Below are positions 18,676 through 28,303 of a stretch of DNA of 64,000 nucleotides, in pieces. The position numbers were made by a program, and so were the translations under genes. Position 1 is the first letter of the stretch. Each line of letters starts with the position of its first letter. Source of the DNA: an uncultured Candidatus Rokubacteria bacterium (GTDB lineage: Bacteria; Methylomirabilota; Methylomirabilia; Rokubacteriales; DASRDR01); contig CAWDPM010000005.1 in NCBI GenBank assembly GCA_963804185.1, positions 298,769-362,768 on the forward strand, in the 5' to 3' direction. Under the pieces are notes generated by a model, which saw only the letters and a program-made list of their open reading frames with translations, was not told where the DNA came from and made no database searches.

Positions 18676-19083
18676 TCAGGCAGCGATAGCCCGGCTGACC
18701 GACGGTCGTGCCGTCGATCCAGAGCTGCTGCCGCTCACGGCCGGCAGCTCCCCGATCGACCCCTTCGAGCAGACCATGCCGTGGAGCGGTGCCCCGCTGA
18801 TCCCGACGCTCGGGCGGCTCGGGATCGTGGGCACGGCCCAGACGTGGCCCGCCGGCGTGAGCACGAGCGTTGAGTCGTACTGGGTCCGGTGGCCATACCG
18901 GTAGATGTGATCGCCTGGGACGTCCCCATAGCGCACGGATGGCGCGACGTCATAGCGGGGACGGTAGCCTAGTCCCGGATCCGCCTGGGCGACTGTCACG
19001 AGCCCGAGCAGCGGCATTGGATCGCGGCGCGGAAGTCGCCGCCCGACCTGATCGGGACTGGACGACCGCGCGACCGGCGTCAA
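18676..19083 (-). CDS. Hypothetical protein, possibly exported (contains MPLLGLVTVAQA)
   Basis: Non-random Y/P/G-rich periodic composition but no clear start or SD. Weak. Confidence 0.25.
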   Translation of the reverse strand: MTPVARSSSPDQVGRRLPRRDPMPLLGLVTVAQADPGLGYRPRYDVAPSVRYGDVPGDHIYRYGHRTQYDSTLVLTPAGHVWAVPTIPSRPSVGISGAPLHGMVCSKGSIGELPAVSGSSSGSTARPSVSRAIAA

Positions 19084-19152
19084 GCGAAGACGGGGGAGTT
19101 AGGCTCAGCGACCGCGCTGCCTTGCGAACCTCCCCCGCCTGCGCCACGGGAC

Positions 19153-19227
19153 TGGAGCGGGAAACGGGATTTGAACCCGCGACCCCAACCTTGGCAAGGT
19201 TGTGCTCTACCCCTGAGCTATTCCCGC
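19153..19227 (-). tRNA. tRNA-Gly (anticodon GCC)
   Basis: Reverse complement GCGGGAATAGCTCAGGGGTAGAGCACAACCTTGCCAAGGTTGGGGTCGCGGGTTCAAATCCCGTTTCCCGCTCCA, 75 nt. Confidence 0.92.
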
Positions 19228-19274
19228 TCGACGCATCGGATTCTAACAGGGGCCCCTACGGGGGTCAACGCGCG

Positions 19275-20285
19275 CTACCGTGCCGGCGCGTCCGACGCGG
19301 CCCCCGCCAGACGCAGGAAGCGCGCCGCGTCCTCGGGCGGCGTCGGGTTGATGAAAAACCCGGTGCCGAGCTCGAACCCGGCGAGCCGCGTCAGCTTCGG
19401 CATGAGCTCGAGGTGCCAGTGGAAGTGCTCGGGGTCCGTGTCCCGAAGGGGCGCCGTATGGAGCGCGAAGTTGTACGGGGGATCCGCGAACAGCCGGCCG
19501 AGCCGGCCGACCAGCTCCCGAAGCAGCCGGGCGAGCGCGTCCACCTCGTCCGGCATGAGGCCCTCGAAGCTGGCCTGGTGAGCGGTCGGCAGGATCCACG
19601 TCTCGTAGGGGAAGCGGGAGGCGTACGGCGCCACGGCGATGAAGCCATCGTCCTCCAGGACGAGACGGCTCTCATCGCGCCGCTCCTGGCGGACAATGTC
19701 GCACCAGACGCAGCGCTCCTTCATGCGAAAGTAGCGAATCGCCCCCTGGAGCTCCTCTGCCACCAGCTCCGGCAGGATGGGCGTCGCGATGAGCTGGGAA
19801 TGCGGATGCTCGAGCGACGCGCCCGCCGCGACACCGTGGTTCTTGAAGATCAGCACGTACTCGAGGCGCGTATCCTTGCGGAGGGCGAGCAGACGCTCGC
19901 GATATGCTACCAGGACCTCGCCGACGTGCGCGACCGGAAGCGTCCCGAATCCGGCGAAGTGGTCCGGGCTCTCGATGACGACCTCGTGCGCTCCCACCCC
20001 GTCCATCCGGTCGTAGATCCCCTCGCCGGCGGACTGCACTTCCACGTCCGCGTGGAGGGCCGGAAACTTGTTCGGGACCACGCGGACCGTCCACGGGCCG
20101 TCATCCGATCCACCGGAGCGGAAGAGCTCGGGAGGGGTCCGGTCCTCGTGGCCCGGGCAGAATGGACACCCCTCGGGGCCGTTCGGGGGGACCACCTCGG
20201 GCGCGAAGTCCATCGGTCGCCGCGCACGCTCGGTGGCGATAATCACCCAGCGTTCGACGACCGGATCCTTCCGGAGCTCAGGCAC
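19275..20285 (-). CDS. galT: Galactose-1-phosphate uridylyltransferase (HIT family)
   Basis: VPELRKDPVVERWVIIATERARRP, zinc site CPFCPGHE, active site HPHSQL. GTG start at 20285 overlapping the gpsA stop. The ORF-track start at 20393 would overlap gpsA by 115 nt. Confidence 0.85.
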   Translation of the reverse strand: MPELRKDPVVERWVIIATERARRPMDFAPEVVPPNGPEGCPFCPGHEDRTPPELFRSGGSDDGPWTVRVVPNKFPALHADVEVQSAGEGIYDRMDGVGAHEVVIESPDHFAGFGTLPVAHVGEVLVAYRERLLALRKDTRLEYVLIFKNHGVAAGASLEHPHSQLIATPILPELVAEELQGAIRYFRMKERCVWCDIVRQERRDESRLVLEDDGFIAVAPYASRFPYETWILPTAHQASFEGLMPDEVDALARLLRELVGRLGRLFADPPYNFALHTAPLRDTDPEHFHWHLELMPKLTRLAGFELGTGFFINPTPPEDAARFLRLAGAASDAPAR

Positions 20286-21318
20286 GGTTGGCCCCCGTGA
20301 GGTCGTACGGCTCTTCTTCGGGCCGGGCGGAGCGCGAGAGGAGCGCGAGGAGCGCTTCCCGCGGGGGCTTGTGCTCGAAGAGCACCGCGGCAACCTCCTC
20401 GATCACCGGCGCGGATACTCCGGCCCGCCGGGCGAGGGCGAGGCCCGCCTGGGCCGTGCGCACGCCTTCCGCGACCGAGCGCGTGCTGGCCTGCCACTCG
20501 GCCAGCGACTGACCCCGCGCGAGAGCGAGGCCGAGCCGCCGGTTGCGCGACAGCTCTCCGGTGCAGGTCAGGATGAGATCGCCGAGGCCCGCCAGCCCGG
20601 CGAGCGTCCGCGGCCGGGCGCCGAGCGCGACGGCAAGGCGCGTGATCTCGGCCAGGCCACGGGTCAAGAGAGCCGCACGGGCGTTGTACCCTAGATCGAG
20701 GCCGTCCGCGATGCCGGTGGCGATGGCCATCACGTTCTTGAGCGCGCCGCCGAGCTCTACCCCGGTGACGTCCGCCTGCGTGTAGAGCCGGAAGGTCGGA
20801 GTGGCCAGCGCGCTCTGGAGCGACCGGGCGAGCTCGGCGTCTGCTGAGGCCAGGACCGCGGCCGTCGGCCGTCCGTTCCCGACCTCCTGGGCGAACGTCG
20901 GTCCGGAGAGGACAGCCACGCGACGCCCCTGCGCGGGCGGCAACACCTCCGTCAAGATCTCGGACATGCGGGCGAGGCGGTCCTCCTCGATTCCCTTCGC
21001 CGCGGAGAGCACGCACGCGCCGGGGGCGAGGTGCGGCGCCACTGCGCGTGCGATGCCCCGGAACACGTGCGACGGCACCACGATGACGACGGTCTCCGCC
21101 CCCTCCACGACGGCGGCGAGATCCCCGAGCGGCTCGACGGCGTCCGGCAGGCGGATCCCCGGCAGATACCAGGCGTTCTCGGCCGAGGCCCGGAGGATCC
21201 CGAGGAGCTCCGGCTCGAACACCCAGAGTCGCGGCGCCAACCCCGCGCGAGCCGCCTGGACCGCCAGGGCCGTGCCCCAGGCACCAGCGCCGACGATCGC
21301 GAGGCGCGCGCCCGTCAC
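20278..21318 (-). CDS. gpsA: NAD(P)H-dependent glycerol-3-phosphate dehydrogenase
   Basis: AIVGAGAWGTALA Rossmann motif, GLKNVMAIATGIADGL and EGV conserved motifs. GTG start overlapping the plsY stop (GTGA). Confidence 0.9.
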   Translation of the reverse strand: MTGARLAIVGAGAWGTALAVQAARAGLAPRLWVFEPELLGILRASAENAWYLPGIRLPDAVEPLGDLAAVVEGAETVVIVVPSHVFRGIARAVAPHLAPGACVLSAAKGIEEDRLARMSEILTEVLPPAQGRRVAVLSGPTFAQEVGNGRPTAAVLASADAELARSLQSALATPTFRLYTQADVTGVELGGALKNVMAIATGIADGLDLGYNARAALLTRGLAEITRLAVALGARPRTLAGLAGLGDLILTCTGELSRNRRLGLALARGQSLAEWQASTRSVAEGVRTAQAGLALARRAGVSAPVIEEVAAVLFEHKPPREALLALLSRSARPEEEPYDLTGANRA

Positions 21319-21914
21319 CGCTTACCGCGCGGCCCCGGGGGTATGGCCTCCGCAGCCGGCTCGGTTGCCCGCGCACCGAAGCGGGCTTCCGTGCCCGCCA
21401 GGAGCCGCCGGATGTTCTCGTGGTGCCGCGAGACGACGATCGCCGCCACGGTGAGCCCGGCCCCAGCCAGCGCCGGTGGATAGCCGAGGGCCAGGATCGC
21501 CAGCGGGAGTCCGATCACGGCGCAGATGGAGGCGAGGGACACGAACCGGAACGAGCCCACCAGGCTGCCCCACACAACCGCCGCCGGGATCAGCGCCCAG
21601 GGTGTGATGCGGAGGAACGCGCCGAGCGCGGTCGCGACCCCCTTCCCGCCCCGGAACCCGAGGAACACCGGCCAGCAGTTGCCGACCACCGCGACGATGG
21701 CGGCCGCCCCGGCCCAGCCCGGCCCCGTCCCCGCGCGGCTGCCGAGCCACGTTGCGGCGTAGCCCTTGGCGACGTCGCCGATGAGGGTCGCGATTGCGGG
21801 CGCCCAGCCCGCGGCGCGGAGGACGTTGGTCGCACCGATGTTCCCGCTGCCACGGCGGCGGATGTCCATGCCCAGGATGCGCGCGATCACGTAGCCCACC
21901 GGGATGGCGCCCAC
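21315..21914 (-). CDS. plsY: Glycerol-3-phosphate acyltransferase PlsY; true N-terminus probably extends about 8 codons upstream via a non-canonical start
   Basis: GMDIRRRGSGNIGATNVLRAAG and FRGGKGVATALG PlsY motifs. The in-frame N-terminal TM helix LALSALWLLGAYLVGAIPVGYV has no ATG/GTG/TTG upstream. A CTG sits in a CTGA overlap with the pgsA stop. Confidence 0.8.
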   Translation of the reverse strand: MGAIPVGYVIARILGMDIRRRGSGNIGATNVLRAAGWAPAIATLIGDVAKGYAATWLGSRAGTGPGWAGAAAIVAVVGNCWPVFLGFRGGKGVATALGAFLRITPWALIPAAVVWGSLVGSFRFVSLASICAVIGLPLAILALGYPPALAGAGLTVAAIVVSRHHENIRRLLAGTEARFGARATEPAAEAIPPGPRGKR

Positions 21915-21943
21915 CAGATAGGCGCCCAGGAGCCACAGCGCGC

Positions 21944-22522
21944 TCAGCGCCAGCGATCCTCTCCCCGCACCAGGGCGTCGACGTCAGAGGCGCGGTAGAA
22001 GCGAACGAAGTAGTCGACGCCCGAGAATACCGTCAGGGTGAGCGCCGCCCAGAGCATGCCGCGCGAGAGGTACACGAACTCGGAATCGATGCCGGATGGG
22101 ACGCTGCGCTCGAGGATCAGGAACGTCACCGCCAGGTACTGAGCGACGGTCTTGTACTTGCCGAGATCCGAGGCCTCGATGACGAGTCCCTGGGCCGCCG
22201 ACACGCTCCGGAGACCGGTCACCGCGAACTCCCGGCCGATCACGATAACGACCATCCAGGCCTGGACGGTGCCGACCTGGACGAGCGAGATGAGGGCGGC
22301 GGAGACCAGCACCTTGTCGGCGACCGGGTCGAGAAGCTTGCCGAGCGTGGTGACCTGGCCGCGGCGCCGCGCGATCAGCCCATCGAGCCAGTCGGTCAGC
22401 GCGGCGCCCGCGAAGAGCACCGCGGCGACCAGCGCGTGGACCGATTCGTTCGAGATGAGGAAGACAACGACGAGGGGAACGAGACAGATGCGCCCGACCG
22501 TCAGCTGCGTCGGTAGGTTCAC
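21944..22522 (-). CDS. pgsA: CDP-diacylglycerol--glycerol-3-phosphate 3-phosphatidyltransferase
   Basis: CDP-alcohol phosphatidyltransferase motif DWLDGLIARRRGQVTTLGKLLDPVADK. GTG start overlapping the stop of the gene above (GTGA). Confidence 0.85.
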   Translation of the reverse strand: MNLPTQLTVGRICLVPLVVVFLISNESVHALVAAVLFAGAALTDWLDGLIARRRGQVTTLGKLLDPVADKVLVSAALISLVQVGTVQAWMVVIVIGREFAVTGLRSVSAAQGLVIEASDLGKYKTVAQYLAVTFLILERSVPSGIDSEFVYLSRGMLWAALTLTVFSGVDYFVRFYRASDVDALVRGEDRWR

Positions 22523-23301
22523 GCCTTGCCTCCGGACGCGCCTCGCACCGCCACATTATGGCGGGGCGCCCCGAAGGGGGTCAAGTTACCGTCGCTCGCG
22601 ACGAGGGCCCCCTCGCGGAGCACCGGCACCACCCCGTAAACGTCTAGCGCCACGCAGAGGGGTAGGTCGGACCCTCGCCCCTGACTCACGAGGACCTGGG
22701 CCCACGCGGCGTCGGTCAGCATCGCGTCGAGGCTGCCCTCATACCGGTCCCAGAGCATCCGCGCCGCCCTCGCCGCGTCCGTCAGAACGGCGTCCGGCGT
22801 CGCGAGCCGGGCCACGATGAGCCCGGCGCAGACCGCGTCCTCCAGACAGAATCGCCCCCGCTCTCCCGCGCACACGAGGAGGACGTCACCGGGCTCGGCC
22901 GCCACCCAGCGGGCGACGGCCCCCGCGTTGACGAAGCCCCCAACCGCAACCCGGCGCGCGCCATCCAGGGCGAGGAGGGCCCGGGTACCGTTGGTGGTCG
23001 TGAAGACGACGGTGCGCCCCCGAACCCGGTCGGGCGTGTACTCGGCCGGGGAATTCCCGTGATCGAAGCCCGGCGGCGGCGCGCCGCCCCGCTCGCCGCC
23101 GACCAGGACTGGACCAGCGCCCCGCCTGCGGCCCCGCTTGCGCGCCTCCTCGGGCGTGGCCACCGGGATGACGGCGCGCGCCCCGCCCCCGAGCGCGGCA
23201 ACGATCGTCGTGGAGGCCCGGACGACGTCGAGGACGACGGCGGTCACGCCGGTGAGCGGCATGCGGCGCACTTCCTCGAGCGTCAGCGCGACGTCGATCA
23301 C
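22519..23301 (-). CDS. 2-phosphosulfolactate phosphatase (ComB) family protein
   Basis: [29 protein letters not shown] motifs. GTG start overlapping the argG stop. Confidence 0.7.
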   Translation of the reverse strand: MIDVALTLEEVRRMPLTGVTAVVLDVVRASTTIVAALGGGARAVIPVATPEEARKRGRRRGAGPVLVGGERGGAPPPGFDHGNSPAEYTPDRVRGRTVVFTTTNGTRALLALDGARRVAVGGFVNAGAVARWVAAEPGDVLLVCAGERGRFCLEDAVCAGLIVARLATPDAVLTDAARAARMLWDRYEGSLDAMLTDAAWAQVLVSQGRGSDLPLCVALDVYGVVPVLREGALVASDGNLTPFGAPRHNVAVRGASGGKA

Positions 23302-24518
23302 GAGTGGGTGGCGGGTCGATCCTGGTCGCGAAGGGCGCGGATCCGCAGCCGCAGGGCGTTCAGACGGATGAACCCCTCGGCGTCCTTCTGCCGGTACACC
23401 GAGTCGGCCTCGAAGGTCACAACGTCCTGTCGGTACAGCGAGCGCGGCGAGCGCCGCCCCGCCACCGTGATATTGCCCTTGTAGAGCTTGAGGCGCACGG
23501 TCCCGGTCACGTCCTGCTGGGCCTGGTCCATGAAGACCTGCAGCGCTTCCCGTTCCGGGGCATACCAGAAGCCGTAGTAGACCATCTCCGCGTAGCGCGG
23601 CACCAGGGAGTCGCGGAGGTGCAGGAGCTCCCGGTCCATCGTGATGGACTCGATCGCCTGATGGGCCGCGTGAAGGATGGTCCCGCCCGGCGTCTCGTAC
23701 ACCCCGCGTGACTTCATGCCGACGTAGCGGTTCTCCACGAGGTCGATACGGCCGACCCCGTTCTCCCCGCCGATGCGGTTCAGCCGCTCAAGAAGCGCTA
23801 CCGGCCCGAGCCGCTGACCGTCCACCGCTACCGGATTGCCCCCGTCGAAGTCGACCTCCACCGTGGTGGCCACGTCGGGCGCTTCCTCGGGCGAGCGGGT
23901 CAGCAGAAACATCTTCTCCGGCGGCTCGGCCCACGGGTCCTCGAGGATCCCGCCCTCGTAGGAGATGTGAAACAGGTTCCGGTCCATCGAGTACGGGCGG
24001 GCAGGAGTGGTCGGGACCGCGATCCCCTGGCGCTCCGCAAAGGCCATGAGGTCGGTGCGGGAGCGGAGCTCCCAGTCCCGCCAGGGAGCGACGACCTTGA
24101 GGTCAGGCGCCAGGGCGGCGTAGGTCAGCTCGAAGCGCACTTGGTCGTTCCCCTTGCCGGTCGCTCCGTGGGCGACGGCATCCGCCCCCTCGGCGCGTGC
24201 GACCGCCACCTGTCCCTTCGCAATGAGCGGCCGCGCGAAGGAGGTGCCGAGCAGATACCCGCCCTCGTAGGAGGCATTGGCCCGCAGCACGGGGAACACG
24301 AAGTCGCGGACGAACTCCTCCCGGAGGTCCACGATGTGCACCGAGCTCGCCCCCGTCCGGAGAGCCTTCTCGCGGACGGGGATCAGCTCCTCGGCCTGGC
24401 CGAGGTCGGCAGTGTACGCCACGATCTCCGCCCCGTAGGTCTCCCTGAGCCAGGCCAGGATTACCGAGGTATCGAGCCCGCCGGAGTACGCGAGGACGAT
24501 CTTCTTGGGTCCGTTCAT
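23298..24518 (-). CDS. argG: Argininosuccinate synthase
   Basis: [19 protein letters not shown]-binding P-loop, full-length 406 aa with characteristic ArgG blocks. Confidence 0.92.
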   Translation of the reverse strand: MNGPKKIVLAYSGGLDTSVILAWLRETYGAEIVAYTADLGQAEELIPVREKALRTGASSVHIVDLREEFVRDFVFPVLRANASYEGGYLLGTSFARPLIAKGQVAVARAEGADAVAHGATGKGNDQVRFELTYAALAPDLKVVAPWRDWELRSRTDLMAFAERQGIAVPTTPARPYSMDRNLFHISYEGGILEDPWAEPPEKMFLLTRSPEEAPDVATTVEVDFDGGNPVAVDGQRLGPVALLERLNRIGGENGVGRIDLVENRYVGMKSRGVYETPGGTILHAAHQAIESITMDRELLHLRDSLVPRYAEMVYYGFWYAPEREALQVFMDQAQQDVTGTVRLKLYKGNITVAGRRSPRSLYRQDVVTFEADSVYRQKDAEGFIRLNALRLRIRALRDQDRPATHS

Positions 24519-24533
24519 GCGCGAGCCCCCGCC

Positions 24534-25445
24534 TTAGCCCTTGCCCAGCAACCGGAGCAGGACGGCTTTCTGCACGTGCAGGCGGTTCTCGGACTGATCG
24601 AGCACCACGCTCTGCGGCCCGTCGAGGACCGCGTCGGTGATTTCCTCCCCGCGGTGCGCCGGCAGGCAATGCATCACGACCGCCCCGGGTTTCGCGAAGC
24701 CGACCACCCGCTCGTTCACCTGGTAGCGCGAGAAGGCCTCCAAGCGCCGGTCCCGCTCGGCCTCCTGCCCCATGCTGGTCCAGACGTCAGTGTAGATCGC
24801 GTCGGCGCCACAGGCGGCGTCGGGAACGTCGCCAGTCACCGTCACCCGCCCGCCCCACGCCCGGGCGGTCTCGACGACCCGGGCGTCGGGCTCGAACCCT
24901 GGCGGGACCGCCATGGTCATCTCCGCTCCCAGCAACCCGGCCAGAAGAATCAGGGAATGGGAGACGTTGTTGCCGTCGCCGATCCAGGCCAGGCGCAGGC
25001 GACGGAGATCCAGCCCTCGCTCCCACAGCGTGAAGAAGTCGGCCAGCGCCTGGCAGGGGTGCTCGAAGTCCGAGAGGGCATTCACCACGGGGATCCCCGC
25101 GTGCCGCGCGAGGTCGTCCACGGTCGCCTGTGCGAACGTCCGAGCCGCGATGACGTCGACCCACCGGCCGAGGTTCCGGGCCACGTCGGCGATCGACTCC
25201 CGGCGTCCGAGGCCGATGTCCTGGCCGGAGAGGTACACGGAGGCTCCTCCGAGCTGCGCCATCCCCACCTCGAAGGTGACGCGGGTCCGGAGCGATGGCT
25301 TCTCGAACACGAGGGCCAGCGAGTAGCCGACCAGCGGCGTCCTCGCCTCGCGCGCCTTCGTGCGGGCCTTCCACTCGGCAGCGAGGCGGAACAGGTCCTC
25401 GACGTCCGCGGACGAGAGGTCCGCGATCGAGAGCAGCCGCTTCAC
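24534..25445 (-). CDS. argF: Ornithine carbamoyltransferase
   Basis: STRTR carbamoyl-phosphate motif (FEKPSLRTRVTFEVG), HCLPAHRGEE ornithine-binding motif. GTG start at 25445 overlapping the argD stop. The ORF-track N-terminal 186 aa are in-frame read-through of upstream DNA. Confidence 0.9.
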   Translation of the reverse strand: MKRLLSIADLSSADVEDLFRLAAEWKARTKAREARTPLVGYSLALVFEKPSLRTRVTFEVGMAQLGGASVYLSGQDIGLGRRESIADVARNLGRWVDVIAARTFAQATVDDLARHAGIPVVNALSDFEHPCQALADFFTLWERGLDLRRLRLAWIGDGNNVSHSLILLAGLLGAEMTMAVPPGFEPDARVVETARAWGGRVTVTGDVPDAACGADAIYTDVWTSMGQEAERDRRLEAFSRYQVNERVVGFAKPGAVVMHCLPAHRGEEITDAVLDGPQSVVLDQSENRLHVQKAVLLRLLGKG

Positions 25446-26644
25446 GGCTTGGGCTGGCGGAGGACGTCCCCGACGATCGCCACGGCCCGGTCGGCGTCGT
25501 GCTCGTCCACGATGAGCGGAGGCGTCATGCGGAGGATGTTCTCGCCCGCCGTCAGAACCAGGAGACCTCGGTCGCGGCAGCCGTCGACGACGGCGCCCGC
25601 CGGCCGGTCGAGATCGATTCCGATCAGGAGGCCCTTGCCCCGTACCTCGCGGATTCCCGGAAGCCCGGTCGCGAGGGTGCGGAGGCGCCCCGCCAGGTGC
25701 GTCCCTACCCGATCGGCGCGCTCGGCGAGCCGATCCTCGAGCATGGTCGTGAAGGTCGCCACACCAACCGTCGTGGCGAATGGATTGCCGCCGAAGGTGG
25801 TGCCATGGCTGCCTGCGACCATGACACGGGCGCACGACTCGCGTGCGACCATCGCGCCGATCGGGACCCCGCTCGCCAGCGCCTTGGCGAGCGTCATGAC
25901 ATCGGGCTCCACGTCCCAGTGCTGGTACCCCCACAGGCGACCGGTCCGTCCCATTCCCGTCTGGATCTCGTCGAAGACAAGCAGCGCCCCGCTCTCGTCG
26001 CACAGGCGCCGGAGCGCCGCGAGGTAGCCGTCAGGCGCGACGTTGACGCCGCCTTCGCCCTGGATCGGCTCGACCAGGATGGCCGCCGTCCGGTTGTCCA
26101 CCGCGCGCTCGGCCGCCTTGACGTCGCCGAACGGGACGTATTTGAAGCCCGGCACCAGCGGCTCGAAGCCGTGCTGGTATTTCTCGTTGGGGGTCGCCGA
26201 CAGGGCCCCGAGCGTCCGGCCGTGGAAGGCGCCCCGCATGGTGATGATGTCCACCACGTCCGTGGCGCGGGTTTCCTTCGCGTACTTTCGCACGAGCTTG
26301 ATCGCCGCCTCGTTTGCCTCGGTGCCCGAGTTACAGAAGAAGACGCGGTCTCCGAACGAGTGCTCGACCAGGAGCTTCGCCAGGTGGATCTGCGACGGGA
26401 TCTGGTAGAGGTTCGACACCTGGAGGAGCGCGGTCGCCTGCTCGCGGATCGCGCCGACGATCTTCGGGTGCGAGTGCCCGAGCGCGTCGACGGCGATCCC
26501 GCCTACGAAGTCGAGATACTCCTTGCCGTCGGTGTCCCAGACTCGGGCTCCCTCGCCGCGGACCAGGCAGAGCGGTGCCCGGGCGTAGTTCTGGAAGAGA
26601 TACTTGTTGCCCCACTCGAGAAGGGTCTTCGTGTCCTGGCTCAT
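25442..26644 (-). CDS. argD: Acetylornithine aminotransferase (class III PLP aminotransferase)
   Basis: FFCNSGTEANEAAIK, LLVFDEIQTGMGRTG, TTFGGNP motifs. ATG at 26644 (MSQDTKTLLEWGNKYL). Confidence 0.88.
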   Translation of the reverse strand: MSQDTKTLLEWGNKYLFQNYARAPLCLVRGEGARVWDTDGKEYLDFVGGIAVDALGHSHPKIVGAIREQATALLQVSNLYQIPSQIHLAKLLVEHSFGDRVFFCNSGTEANEAAIKLVRKYAKETRATDVVDIITMRGAFHGRTLGALSATPNEKYQHGFEPLVPGFKYVPFGDVKAAERAVDNRTAAILVEPIQGEGGVNVAPDGYLAALRRLCDESGALLVFDEIQTGMGRTGRLWGYQHWDVEPDVMTLAKALASGVPIGAMVARESCARVMVAGSHGTTFGGNPFATTVGVATFTTMLEDRLAERADRVGTHLAGRLRTLATGLPGIREVRGKGLLIGIDLDRPAGAVVDGCRDRGLLVLTAGENILRMTPPLIVDEHDADRAVAIVGDVLRQPKP

Positions 26645-27166
26645 CGAGGCCTCCGGAAGCGGCACATTCGCCGCGTGGGTTCGAAGGGAGACGCCAGCGG
26701 GGCCGCTCGGGCGTCCTGGTCTAGCGGGCGGCCCGGTCCACGTCAGGAGCCCCGGGGTGTCGGCGACGGGCGGCGCCCGGCCGCGACCCGGGGCCTGGCC
26801 TCATCCGGAGGGAGGTCTGGAGCATGGCCCGGCTATTGTACCGCATGGGGACCCGTGATCGACATGCTCGCCACTTGCCCGGCGCCCGGTTGCAGACCGC
26901 GGCAGATCGCGGCACGCGGCGCAACCGCGGCGCAACCGGGGCGGGGTCGGTCCGGCCGCGTCGGCTGCCGACCGCGCGGAGCCCGTGACCCGGGTTCCAG
27001 CCTGAGACGATACCGGCTCGGCTGGGCGCCGGACCCGTCCGACCGACCGTCGAGGGCGATGCGGGACACGCGTACGGTTGCTAACCACTAACCCATGGGA
27101 GGCGCGCAGGAGCGTGCAGGGCATCGGTCCTGACGCTCCTGCGTCGAGCCTAACAGAGGAGACGCC

Positions 27167-27361
27167 ATGTCCCAGGAGCCGATCGAGTGCGGGAACTGCG
27201 CTGCGGCAGGCGTGCCCAGCGGAGTCGTCGCGCAATTGCTGCAGGAAATCCTCGACCTCGCTGAGCACCCTGAGTCTGACCCGGATGGCGCGCTCGCACG
27301 CGATCTCGACGAGCGCCTCGTGACACTCGCTGAGATGGGGGACGAGCCATTGCCGTCGTGA
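27167..27361 (+). CDS. Small acidic hypothetical protein (64 aa) with CGNC motif
   Basis: Strong SD AGAGGAGA 6 nt before the ATG. GC3 about 78 percent. Confidence 0.55.
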   Translation: MSQEPIECGNCAAAGVPSGVVAQLLQEILDLAEHPESDPDGALARDLDERLVTLAEMGDEPLPS

Positions 27362-27464
27362 TCGTCGCCATCGGCGTGCCCATCCGCCGGCAGCACCCGA
27401 CGGGTGGCCATCACCCCGCCGCGACCGCTGGGCGCGTCGAGGGACCTCGAAAGGAGACCCCATC

Positions 27465-27800
27465 ATGAAACGGCTCGTCGTTGGCCTGCTCGTCGCCCTG
27501 CTTCTCACGATGCCAACGCTGGCGCTCGCCGGTGGGCGCGGCGGCTACTACGGAGGTGGGCGCTACTACGGCGGAGGCCACCACTCCGGTGGGCATGGTG
27601 GGCACCGCGGCCACGCGAGACATCACGGCCACGGCCATCACCATTCCCACTCGTATGCGCCGTATTTCTTCGGAGGTCTGGCGGGCGCGCTGCTGGGCGC
27701 CCTGGTGGCGCCGCGCTACGGAGCTCCGTACTACTCCCCCTACGTGCCGTATGTCCAGGGCTGGCGCGAAGCATGCCGCATCGGATCAGGAGGGTGCTGA
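27465..27800 (+). CDS. Secreted Gly/Tyr/His-rich protein (111 aa) with His-rich tract and C-terminal glycine-zipper-like segment
   Basis: SD AAAGGAGA. Signal peptide MKRLVVGLLVALLLTMPTLALA. GGRGGYYGGGRYYGGGHHSGGHGGHRGHARHHGHGHHHSH, then FFGGLAGALLGALVA and C-terminal CRIGSGGC. Confidence 0.6.
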   Translation: MKRLVVGLLVALLLTMPTLALAGGRGGYYGGGRYYGGGHHSGGHGGHRGHARHHGHGHHHSHSYAPYFFGGLAGALLGALVAPRYGAPYYSPYVPYVQGWREACRIGSGGC

Positions 27801-28258
27801 TGGACGAGGACTGGGTGGACGTGCACGGCATTGACCTCTGGGGGGACTGTGGGGACTTCGCCCTGCGCCCAGGGTGGTGGCACGCCATTCTGGGGCTGGC
27901 CCTCCAGCATGGCGGGGACCCGCAGGGCACCCAACCCCCACGGGACGACTGGGACTGGGATGGCGATCCGACCGCCTGGGACGGTCGGTACTGGCCTGGG
28001 GTGGGCCAGGAGGTTACCGACGAGGATGCGCGGAACCTCGGCGCGGCGCTCGCGCGGGGCATGGCCGACATTCCCGACCACGGTGGCAGGCCATACTTCA
28101 ACCGGCCCGGCGGCGACGCCCAGCCGGTGACGGGAGCCACATACCCGGACGTGACTGCGCTGGAACTCCTCCGCGGCGCGGAGTCCAAGGAGGTCCTCGG
28201 GTGGTTCCTCCAGCACTGCGACGGCTGCGGGGGCTTCGATATCTGTAGCTACTCGTGA
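27800..28258 (+). CDS. Trp/Asp-rich hypothetical protein (152 aa), start overlaps the stop of the upstream gene (tgATG)
   Basis: GGAGGG SD. MDEDWVDVHGIDLWGDCGDF...WFLQHCDGCGGFDICSYS. No known family recognised. Confidence 0.5.
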   Translation: MDEDWVDVHGIDLWGDCGDFALRPGWWHAILGLALQHGGDPQGTQPPRDDWDWDGDPTAWDGRYWPGVGQEVTDEDARNLGAALARGMADIPDHGGRPYFNRPGGDAQPVTGATYPDVTALELLRGAESKEVLGWFLQHCDGCGGFDICSYS

Positions 28259-28303
28259 CTGGCCATGTCGACGCGACGCCGCCCGACGAGAGCAACTAAC
28301 GCG

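Noticed and set aside
18870-20300. 476-aa plus-strand ORF
   Set aside because: Antisense to galT/gpsA. No motifs.
19275-20393. galT start at 20393 as in the ORF track
   Set aside because: It would overlap gpsA by 115 nt. The first 36 residues are low-complexity. A GTG at 20285 overlapping the gpsA stop gives the canonical VPELRKDPVVERWVII N-terminus.
24534-26003. 489-aa argF ORF as listed
   Set aside because: The N-terminal 186 residues are in-frame read-through of the argD coding region. The real start is the GTG at 25445.
23967-27091. 686-aa and 598-aa plus-strand ORFs
   Set aside because: Antisense shadows of argG/argF/argD.
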